This document shows positions 7,806 to 15,685 of a stretch of DNA of 64,000 nt, one piece after another; the first letter of the stretch is position 1, and each line of letters begins with the position of its first letter. The notes under the pieces were generated by a model that was given only the letters and a program-made list of their open reading frames with translations, was not told the origin of the DNA and did not search any database. Origin of the DNA: an uncultured Gammaproteobacteria bacterium (GTDB taxonomy: Bacteria > Patescibacteriota > Patescibacteriia > Veblenbacterales > UBA10138); NCBI GenBank assembly GCA_964453605.1, contig CAYVOI010000001.1, positions 612,095 through 676,094 of the forward strand. The letters are read 5' to 3'. The translations under genes and the position numbers were made by a program.

Positions 7806-10745
7806 ATGAAATACGCTTCCCTGCTGTACGCGCTGCTCCTCGTGCACAACCCGTGCCTAGGACAGCCGAACCCCGACATTTCGTACCACAGCTTTACCTG
7901 GTACATGAAGGCCTTTGACGTGCGGGTTGATAGCACGCACAGCTGCGCTGTCCAGGTGTGGTTCCCCAGCAGTTTCGACACTACCATTGCCAACCTGGCG
8001 GCTAGCCTGACCCAAAGGCTCATCGCGCCGTACGCCGCCACCTTTCTCAGCCTGCGGCCCGTGCGCCAGCCCCCACCCCACCAAGGCGAGCTGGTGCGGG
8101 ACGAAACCGGCCAGCCGCGCCAAGCCACGACACCCTGGTGCCCCGAACGGCTCGTCGTCATCCTGTACCCCAATGCGCAGGACTTCAACCAGCAAAAAAT
8201 AATTCGCGACGAAGCCATTCCCCCCGGTGTGGGCGGCTTTACCGAACCGCTACAGGGCATGCGCTGTGCGGTGCCCTACAGCGGCAACCTGTACTGGTTC
8301 TTATGGGCGCTAGCTCACGAGGTACAGCACACCTTCTACTGCCAGTACCTGCCTGCCAGCCACCGGGACGCTGCCGACCTGGACCTGCCCAATGTGTACG
8401 AGCCAGCTAGCCCACCGCTGTGGTTCATTGAGGGGCAAGCTGAATACACGACGGTCAAATACTTTGGCGACAACCAGCGGAGTAGCCGCCTAGCCCAGCT
8501 CAAGGAAGTGAACCTCATCTACACCGCACACCAAAAGCTACCTGCCTTGGATAAATTTGGTAGAAAATTCCTGAACTACAGCGGTGGCTACAGCTTTTTC
8601 TCGTTTGTACCCACGCTGGCGGAAAGCTCGCAGTACATAACCGCCCAACTAGCTCGTGGACGAAACATCGAGGCAGCCTGGGACAGCCTCGGGCGCGAGC
8701 TAGAGGATGACGAGGTAGCCTGGCGAGCACATGAACAGGCCAACGGGTACCAGCTTACCTTAGGCAGTCCAGCCGATAGCCTGCCTGCCCGCGAACTCAA
8801 CCCTAAGCTGAGTTCAATCGGCGGCATTGGTTACGACCGCGACAGCAAGTACGCTGCTTACTTCCACTTCAACGAAACCTACGATCTAGAAGTAGTGGTC
8901 AGAGACCTGGACTCTCACCTGGCCACGGTGCTCGCCCACCAGTACGAAGACAAGTCGCGCTTCTACCGCGTGTCGAACACGCCGGCTGTCTATGGCAATA
9001 CGGTCGCACTGGTGACCTCGCGTGACGGGCACGATGTGCTGGAGCTCTACGGCCTACACACCAATGGCCGCGGGCTCCACGTCACCCACAAACAGGCCTT
9101 CACCATACCCGGCCTGGTGTGGGTGGATAATGTTTCGTTCATCGACAGCGACTCACTGCTGTTTGTGGGCATGGATGCCAGTGGTCAGCGGGATGTGTAC
9201 ACCTGGAACTACGAGAGCCGGCGGCTGCAGCGGCTGACCAACGACCGCTACGACAAGCAGCAGCCGCAGTACCTGCGCGGCGATACCCTGGTTTACCTAG
9301 AAAGCGGCAGCCTGCCTGATCGGCACCACGTTACCCTGCTCACGCCGCAGGGAAAAACCTGGCTCGAGTTTGGCGGCGATACGCTGTCGTTCCCCGACCA
9401 GATCAAGGTCTGCGATGGGAACGTGGCCGTACGCCTGCTGCGGCCGAACGGAAGTTGCTACCTGGTAGTGTGGAACCCGGCCTGGCCACAGGCCTATCGC
9501 TACCGCTTTGGCACCCGGGTAGCTGGTGACTCGTACGTGGCCTTTCCCCTGGTCACGGACATCATCGGCTGGCAGACGGGCACCTTGACGCTGTTGGTAA
9601 AAAGCTCCACCAGCCTGGTCACCGAGCTGGATAGGTGGGAAGAGATACCGCTTGATACTGCCAAACTCGCGGGCCTCGCTGTTACCTACCGACCCAGCGA
9701 GCCGTTTACGTTCAACCGCTCACCAGCCACTACCGAACTCCCCAGCCAGCCGGCGGACCGCACCATGCGCTACCGCACCATTACACGCGACCGCGCCGAG
9801 CTATCGGACGCTACGGGCGAACACGGCATTATGGTGAACCAAGCCCAGCTGTTCTACCTGGGGAACTTCGGGCTCTTCTACAGGCTCGAGGCTGGCTACT
9901 TCGACCGCTCAGGCCGACCCGAGGTAAACACCCTAGCTAGCGCCGGGCATTCCCCCTGGATCAATGGCTCGCTGCTGAGCTCGCGCCGGGAGGATATCAG
10001 CCTGGACAACTGGGCCATTGCCAAACGCCAGTACCTCTACCCGTTGGATCCAGAACAGAGCGTGTGGTGGCAGGGCTCAATCGGGTACTTGGTGCGCACG
10101 TTTGACAACGAGGCTCACCCCTCGACCACTACCCCCATCCTGGGGTTGGGTGCTGGCTACCGCAGTGACGGGGTCTACGGCAACCCATTAGTTGACGTGT
10201 ACCACGGCACCGCCCTGACCCTGGCCCTAGCGGGAACGGTGGGCCAGGTGGCTAGCCAGTACCAGCTGCTCGACGGCAGTGCCAGCCTGAACTTCCGCTG
10301 GTACTGGCAACCGTGGCCGCTCACCGCCTACCTGGCCTGCCAGGTGGCTGGCGGGTTTGCCACCGGGCCGTATGCCACCAACTTCTTCACCCCCGCGCTA
10401 GCACCACAGCCTGGCGTGCTGACGTTCGACTACAACCGCAGCGTTGGTTCACGCCTGGCCGTGGCTGAAGCCGAGTGGCGCCTGCCGGTGGCGCGGCTGT
10501 TCCTTACGCAGTACCGGTTCTGGGAAGCTAGCAATCCACTGCTCGTATTTGTCTCGCTGGGCACGGGCTGGTTCTACGCCGCAGGCGCAGTGGGCAGCCA
10601 AGGCACGCCGCTCCGTTTTACCAGCCGTACCGGTCTGATGGTTGAGCTCAGCCCCTTCTCGGGGGTAGCGGCTCGCTATGAGTACGGCACCACGTTCGGC
10701 CTACCCGGCTGGCAGGGCAGCTGGAACATACGCACCACCTGGTGA
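7806..10745 (+). CDS. Secreted multidomain protein: gluzincin (MA clan) peptidase + TolB/PD40-like beta-propeller + putative Omp85/BamA-like barrel
   Basis: Signal peptide; HEVQH and PLWFIEGQAEY; RDVYTWNYESRRLQRLTNDRYDKQQP; amphipathic C-terminal strands ending in W; ATG at 7806 follows the SD. Confidence 0.65.
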   Translation: MKYASLLYALLLVHNPCLGQPNPDISYHSFTWYMKAFDVRVDSTHSCAVQVWFPSSFDTTIANLAASLTQRLIAPYAATFLSLRPVRQPPPHQGELVRDETGQPRQATTPWCPERLVVILYPNAQDFNQQKIIRDEAIPPGVGGFTEPLQGMRCAVPYSGNLYWFLWALAHEVQHTFYCQYLPASHRDAADLDLPNVYEPASPPLWFIEGQAEYTTVKYFGDNQRSSRLAQLKEVNLIYTAHQKLPALDKFGRKFLNYSGGYSFFSFVPTLAESSQYITAQLARGRNIEAAWDSLGRELEDDEVAWRAHEQANGYQLTLGSPADSLPARELNPKLSSIGGIGYDRDSKYAAYFHFNETYDLEVVVRDLDSHLATVLAHQYEDKSRFYRVSNTPAVYGNTVALVTSRDGHDVLELYGLHTNGRGLHVTHKQAFTIPGLVWVDNVSFIDSDSLLFVGMDASGQRDVYTWNYESRRLQRLTNDRYDKQQPQYLRGDTLVYLESGSLPDRHHVTLLTPQGKTWLEFGGDTLSFPDQIKVCDGNVAVRLLRPNGSCYLVVWNPAWPQAYRYRFGTRVAGDSYVAFPLVTDIIGWQTGTLTLLVKSSTSLVTELDRWEEIPLDTAKLAGLAVTYRPSEPFTFNRSPATTELPSQPADRTMRYRTITRDRAELSDATGEHGIMVNQAQLFYLGNFGLFYRLEAGYFDRSGRPEVNTLASAGHSPWINGSLLSSRREDISLDNWAIAKRQYLYPLDPEQSVWWQGSIGYLVRTFDNEAHPSTTTPILGLGAGYRSDGVYGNPLVDVYHGTALTLALAGTVGQVASQYQLLDGSASLNFRWYWQPWPLTAYLACQVAGGFATGPYATNFFTPALAPQPGVLTFDYNRSVGSRLAVAEAEWRLPVARLFLTQYRFWEASNPLLVFVSLGTGWFYAAGAVGSQGTPLRFTSRTGLMVELSPFSGVAARYEYGTTFGLPGWQGSWNIRTTW

Positions 10746-10770
10746 TGAATGAAATCCATAAAAAAAATAT

Positions 10771-10807
10771 AATCCTGAAGCTTGATCAGCTTCAGGATTT
10801 TTATTTT
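10771..10807 (+). terminator. Intrinsic terminator (likely bidirectional)
   Basis: AATCCTGAAGCT-tgatc-AGCTTCAGGATT followed by T run; A run upstream. Confidence 0.85.
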
Positions 10808-10835
10808 ACCTGGCCCTGGCCTGGGCAGGCCACTC

Positions 10836-11390
10836 TCAGGTAGCTTTAAGTAGGTGTGCGTACGTGGCGCGAAACTTGGCAAGCTTTGGACTAATAACTG
10901 CTTGGCAGTACCCAGCGTCGCTATTACGGGCGTAGTAGTTGCGGTGGTACTCCTCAGCTTCGTAAAAATTCTTGAGTGGCTCCACTTTTGTTACAATCGG
11001 CACCCCAAAGTCGCCTGAAGTATTAAGCTCATCAATAAACTCACGTGCAATTCTAGCCTGCTCCTCGCTCATGGTGAGAATTACGGAGCGGTACTGCTCC
11101 CCTACGTCGGCCCCTTGCCTATCAACGGTGGTAGGGTTGTGGGTACCAAAGAACACACCGAGCAAATCACGGTACGAAACCTGGGTCGGGTCAAACTCTA
11201 CCTTGATAACCTCCGCATGACCAGTAGTGCCGTTACACACTTGTTCATACGTCGGGCGCTCTTTCGTGCCGCCAGCGTAGCCTGGCATAACGCTGGTCAC
11301 CCCCTTTACCTGGTTAAACACGGCTTCAGTGCACCAGAAGCACCCACCGCCAAATACTGCTACTTCATATGTTTTACTCATGGCGTCCAT
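10836..11390 (-). CDS. msrA: Peptide methionine sulfoxide reductase A
   Basis: GGCFWC, GYAGG, GHAEV, QYRS, AEEYH motifs; start at 11390 or 11381. Confidence 0.97.
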   Translation of the reverse strand: MDAMSKTYEVAVFGGGCFWCTEAVFNQVKGVTSVMPGYAGGTKERPTYEQVCNGTTGHAEVIKVEFDPTQVSYRDLLGVFFGTHNPTTVDRQGADVGEQYRSVILTMSEEQARIAREFIDELNTSGDFGVPIVTKVEPLKNFYEAEEYHRNYYARNSDAGYCQAVISPKLAKFRATYAHLLKAT

Positions 11391-11423
11391 AAGTTCAGAA
11401 CTATTGTACCACACTTATACTAC

Positions 11424-11455
11424 CACAGGGTCAGCCCTTGCGGGCTGACCCTGTG
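11424..11455 (-). terminator. 14-bp hairpin with GCAA loop after lipoprotein gene
   Basis: CACAGGGTCAGCCC/GGGCTGACCCTGTG; weak U tract. Confidence 0.55.
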
Positions 11456-11468
11456 CCAAAACTGTAGC

Positions 11469-12392
11469 CTACTCAATACTCACCAAGGCTCCACTGTTTG
11501 CATCCACGTACACGCTCTTAAGCTCGAGGCCGCTGGTGCCGGTAACATGCCACACGGCTTTTCCGTTCTTGGTTTCAAGCTTCACCGAGACTGCCACGGT
11601 GATACCACCTTGGTCTTTGGCCACCCGCACAGCTTGCTCGGCGCTCACCTTGGCGGCTGTTTCGCTCTGGCTGCTACCCATGACGTGGATAACACCACTC
11701 GGGGTAACGTCGAGCTTGACCGTGCCGCCGAGCATAAAGTCGGGCTTAGCCTCACCGTTCTCGTCCGTCCCCAGGGTGACATTGGCATCCACGTCGCCCC
11801 CCTCAACCTTAACCGACTCGTCGTCCCCCACTTGCACCTGCGCGCTACTCCGGTTCTCAAGCTTAACCACTGGGGTAATAATGTAGGTACCCTGCCCGGT
11901 CAGGTGGAGCGATTGGTCAACTTTGAAATCTAACAGCACGCTGGATTCTGTATCGGCCTTCACCACCAGCTGACCAACGAGCTTGAGGTCGTTGGAGGGC
12001 AACTTGGCTTCGGTTGTCTCGCTACCTCTTACCACCACTACCTTACTGACGTGGAGCCGCACCTGGTCATAGGTATCGGCCGTAAGGTTAGCATCAGCCA
12101 AGAGCTCAGCCTTGGCCGTTTGCTTGAGGGTGAGTAGGTCAAACGTCCTACTGTTGGTAGAAACCGTCACCCACCCCTGGGTGGCGCTGTGCACCTGAAC
12201 CTTGTCAATGGTGAGGTTGACAGCGGTAACGCCCTGGAGCGAGGCGGCGGCGTCAGTTACCGAAAACACTGCCCTACCCTGTGAGGCACCCTGAACTTCG
12301 TTCTGGTTAGTATTGGTATACACCTGCTGCTGGCTGGTGCAGCTAGCACCAACTAACGGGAGAAGCACAGCGAGTAAAAGTAGCTTCTTCAT
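11469..12392 (-). CDS. DUF4382-domain lipoprotein with C-terminal PepSY-like domain
   Basis: Lipobox-like VGASC; VTDA..VNLTIDKVQVH..FDLLTL..LLDF; VSAEQAVRVA..VYVDANSGALV. Confidence 0.75.
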   Translation of the reverse strand: MKKLLLLAVLLPLVGASCTSQQQVYTNTNQNEVQGASQGRAVFSVTDAAASLQGVTAVNLTIDKVQVHSATQGWVTVSTNSRTFDLLTLKQTAKAELLADANLTADTYDQVRLHVSKVVVVRGSETTEAKLPSNDLKLVGQLVVKADTESSVLLDFKVDQSLHLTGQGTYIITPVVKLENRSSAQVQVGDDESVKVEGGDVDANVTLGTDENGEAKPDFMLGGTVKLDVTPSGVIHVMGSSQSETAAKVSAEQAVRVAKDQGGITVAVSVKLETKNGKAVWHVTGTSGLELKSVYVDANSGALVSIE

Positions 12393-12474
12393 AAAAAGTA
12401 GTGGTTAAGAATGCTAAGAAGACCTCGCCTCTCAGCACTAGCTATAACGCTTTTCCAGGAAGCTTGTTTCAGAC

Positions 12475-12948
12475 CTACCTGAGATCTGCCAACTCCTCCA
12501 GCGCCTTTGCAGCGTAGAACCTAATGTTAGCCCTCAGGTCGGCAGACTGCAGGTCGGCACTCGTGAACCACTTCCACTCTTCACTCTGGTCGCCGCGGTA
12601 GGTGACGGTTACCCTATCGGACGTAGCGCGGGCAAAGTACACCAACGTCACGTGTTCGTGAGTTGGGGAAACGCGGTGGCGATTAAGATAGCGGGGCGCT
12701 AGGAGCTCTCGGTAGTTCGGATTGTGTGCTTCACCGGTATTGGGTTGCGTGCCAGCAAGCTCAACGTTCAAACCCACCTCCTCCACTACCTCGCGTACAG
12801 CGGCTTGGTTCGGGTCTTCATCCAGCTCGACGTGCCCACCAACCGATAGCCAGATTTTGTACTTGTCGTGTTTCCGCAGTAGGACTTTATCTTTGTAGAC
12901 AATAAACACTTCCACGGTGAAATCTATGTTCTCATGGATGTGCGGCAT
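12475..12948 (-). CDS. NUDIX hydrolase
   Basis: Intact Nudix box GGHVELDEDPNQAAVREVVEEVGL. Confidence 0.92.
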   Translation of the reverse strand: MPHIHENIDFTVEVFIVYKDKVLLRKHDKYKIWLSVGGHVELDEDPNQAAVREVVEEVGLNVELAGTQPNTGEAHNPNYRELLAPRYLNRHRVSPTHEHVTLVYFARATSDRVTVTYRGDQSEEWKWFTSADLQSADLRANIRFYAAKALEELADLR

Positions 12949-12953
12949 ATGCC

Positions 12954-13586
12954 TTACAAGAACTTGAACGTCTGTATTGCTTCCTCGAAGAGGCCCTGCA
13001 CTTTGACTCGGTCAAACTCCTTTATACCCTGGTCTGGCGAGTAGTTGCCGATGTTAGTAGAGTGGATGGTGTACTCCACGGCGTAGCAGGTGCCATTACG
13101 AACCGTGCGGTAGCTGGTAGTGTCATAAAAATTCCCAGCACCGGCATCGCTTAAGGTAAACTTGGTAAACTCCACACCGTTGATAGAGACCGTGCCCTGC
13201 CGAGTAGCGTACTCCCCTATTCCGCTGGTGCAGGTTGAAACTGCTTGAGCGTTCTTACTCGAACCAACCGTGAGCGCGGCCTCACCAAAATTGGTCATTG
13301 GTGCAAACTCGCGCGGCAGGCCAACTACTAGTTCTAGGAGCCCTGGGGTAGTGGTGCCCTCGCGCCACACTTGCACAAAGCCGATTTCGTTCTGCTTGAG
13401 CGTAAGCTCCTTGGGGTAACTTATAGTGAACGTTTGAGCGGGGTCGCTAAACGATACCAGGTTTTGGTTCACGGGAGCTGGAGTCGGTGCTGATGGTTTC
13501 TGGTTCACCGTAACTACAATAAAGTAGCCCGCCACAACAACAGCGGCCACAGTAATACCAGTTATCCAAGGTAGTGTTTTATTCAT
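12954..13586 (-). CDS. Hypothetical membrane-anchored surface protein
   Basis: N-terminal anchor MNKTLPWITG...; start chosen 10 nt after TGGTATAAT. Confidence 0.75.
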   Translation of the reverse strand: MNKTLPWITGITVAAVVVAGYFIVVTVNQKPSAPTPAPVNQNLVSFSDPAQTFTISYPKELTLKQNEIGFVQVWREGTTTPGLLELVVGLPREFAPMTNFGEAALTVGSSKNAQAVSTCTSGIGEYATRQGTVSINGVEFTKFTLSDAGAGNFYDTTSYRTVRNGTCYAVEYTIHSTNIGNYSPDQGIKEFDRVKVQGLFEEAIQTFKFL

Positions 13587-13658
13587 AGGTAATACAATTA
13601 TACCACCATACCTCAATCTCACGTATAGTGTTGCACGATTTTAGCCCAAGCCTGTTAA

Positions 13659-13982
13659 TCAAATATCTACTTCAAACCTCCAATCAACTGGCGTTAGGGT
13701 AATAGTGATCGGGTGGCGAAAGTTATTATCCTTTCTCCACTTAGAAAGGGGTTCTTTTATAGCCTCGAATAATTTTTCTCTGTCATTAACCTTACTTGCA
13801 CTCATTTCAACAAAAATTTCTACTGGGGCTACCCCAATTTTTATCCGAGGACTATCGGCGTAGACAAAAACTTCCGAAATTCCGGTAGCGTGCTGAACGA
13901 TTTTAATCACAGCATTAGACAAAGCTACAATTTCTTTGTCTTCAACCTTCTGGTCGTCAAATTTTATGTTTATCATTGGCAT
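13659..13982 (-). CDS. Tautomerase/MIF-like small protein
   Basis: Pro at position 2 (MPMINIKF), beta-alpha-beta pattern twice. Confidence 0.45.
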   Translation of the reverse strand: MPMINIKFDDQKVEDKEIVALSNAVIKIVQHATGISEVFVYADSPRIKIGVAPVEIFVEMSASKVNDREKLFEAIKEPLSKWRKDNNFRHPITITLTPVDWRFEVDI

Positions 13983-14019
13983 AGACTACTCAATAATCAT
14001 ATTGCTGACATAGCACTTC

Positions 14020-14562
14020 CTACATTCCTTTCTCGCCCACCGGGCGCTCACCATCAAGGTATAAACATCCCTCTGACCCAACCTTAGCGCTATGCATTAC
14101 CTTTGCAGGAAAAGTTATCTCATCTCCAGGTTTGAGTGTGGAAACCTTACCATTCATAGCGATCTCAATGGACCCCTCAAGTACAACGAGGAGCTGATCA
14201 CCAGGGTGATCATGGTCAGGGAAAAACTCGTTGGGTGGATCATTGTACTCGTTAATTATCGAGAAACCCTCTGCCATCATCCGCTGTTTGATTTGTTCTT
14301 TATTGTCCATGGCACTTCTTATACTTTTTCCCATAACGTAATGGGGCTCATCGGGTAATTCAGAAGGTTCACTTACATTATATTGCTCAAGCACCTTCCG
14401 CCTAGCATCCCACCCTGGTCCTGGTCCTTTTTCCGGCGTGCTATGGGAGTAGTACTGCCGCAGGGTATAACCAGTGTCTACCTTGCGATAGCTAACCCCG
14501 TTGATAACCCTTTCTCCTGCTGCCGCGTTGAATGGCAATTCTTGCTCCATACTACTTCCCAT
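14020..14562 (-). CDS. Cupin-domain protein (cupin begins near 14310; N-terminal extension may be a separate gene)
   Basis: HDHPGDQLLVVLEG and LKPGDEITFPAKVMHSA cupin motifs. Confidence 0.8.
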   Translation of the reverse strand: MGSSMEQELPFNAAAGERVINGVSYRKVDTGYTLRQYYSHSTPEKGPGPGWDARRKVLEQYNVSEPSELPDEPHYVMGKSIRSAMDNKEQIKQRMMAEGFSIINEYNDPPNEFFPDHDHPGDQLLVVLEGSIEIAMNGKVSTLKPGDEITFPAKVMHSAKVGSEGCLYLDGERPVGEKGM

Positions 14563-14583
14563 AGCACTCTTTAAAAGGCTACA

Positions 14584-15438
14584 TTAATGGGAACCTAAAT
14601 TATTCTTATTTATAAACTTGATAAGTTCATCTGACAACTTATCCTCTTGTTCCTGAAAATCGTGATCACAATTGGTAATCTGACAAGTTTCAGTTCTTGG
14701 ATTTTCCTTCTTCATCAGTTCAAGAGCATCTTTAATTGGAATAACGGTATACTCATGTTTATCGCCAATAACTGCAAGTATTGGAATTTTTATCTTCGAG
14801 TACCCCGGCAATTTCTTTTTATGAAACGGTAATGCGTCATCAAAAGCAGGGTTTGCGTCTGAAAAATTAATATACGAATCAGCAGACTTAGGCATTATAC
14901 CTGCATATGCATCTCTATCTAGGAACAAATCCCCCTTACCTTCTGCAATAAATGTATGAGCCAGTTGTAATGTCTTCTCATAATCTTTAACCAGAACAGG
15001 TTCAGACCCTGGCGAGGTAGCAGGTGCAAGTAAAATAAGCGCGGAAATCTTACCACGGTACTTTCCATGAAGCATGTAGTAAACGACTTTCTCGGTTCCT
15101 AAGCTATGTCCTGAAAGAATGATTTTTTCGTAACCCTCTTTGAGGACAAATTCCACCCATGCGTCAATATCAATTATGCAATCTTCAAATTTCTCAACCG
15201 CCGCACCGTTTCCCTGCCAAGCGTTGTAAACACCTTCGCCCCGATTATTCGTCGACAACATCGATACACCATTTCCTAAAAGATCTTTGGCCAGGACTTC
15301 AATAAAATACTCTTCATAGAAGTTACTCGCTGTGCCGTGAATATGGAGAAAAACGGTTTTGCTTTTGTCGGCACGTAGGTGGAGGGCATGGAGCCAGATG
15401 CCGTCCGACGTTTTTATTCGCTCTATTGGATAATTCAT
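14584..15438 (-). CDS. Alpha/beta hydrolase (DUF1749-like)
   Basis: IHG oxyanion motif, GHSLG nucleophile elbow, GDKHE, DHDF. Confidence 0.85.
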   Translation of the reverse strand: MNYPIERIKTSDGIWLHALHLRADKSKTVFLHIHGTASNFYEEYFIEVLAKDLLGNGVSMLSTNNRGEGVYNAWQGNGAAVEKFEDCIIDIDAWVEFVLKEGYEKIILSGHSLGTEKVVYYMLHGKYRGKISALILLAPATSPGSEPVLVKDYEKTLQLAHTFIAEGKGDLFLDRDAYAGIMPKSADSYINFSDANPAFDDALPFHKKKLPGYSKIKIPILAVIGDKHEYTVIPIKDALELMKKENPRTETCQITNCDHDFQEQEDKLSDELIKFINKNNLGSH

Positions 15439-15609
15439 ATAATTATCTTTTACCCATATTAACTTTGTGCTCCTCCGTTCCCAAAAACCAACAACGTTTA
15501 TACTTTTCTCCACTCCCACCCACGTAGTAGTCCCGCTGAGCGGGACACTACAGGGCTGCGCTGCTTAACCACGGTGGTAGGGCGCATTAATTAAACCACA
15601 CTTCTTATA

Positions 15610-15656
15610 CCCCGCACCAGAACCTATGGTTCGGTACGGGGCTTCGCTACGCTCGC
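15610..15656. repeat. REP-like imperfect palindrome, copy 1
   Basis: CCCCGCACCAG-N12-GGTACGGGGCTTCGC; second copy at 31125-31160. Confidence 0.7.
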
Positions 15657-15685
15657 TTCTTATTAGCGACATACTGCTCAACATC

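Noticed and set aside
11115-11933. 272-aa plus-strand ORF and similar long antisense ORFs across the window
   Set aside because: Antisense to well-supported genes; typical codon-bias shadows.
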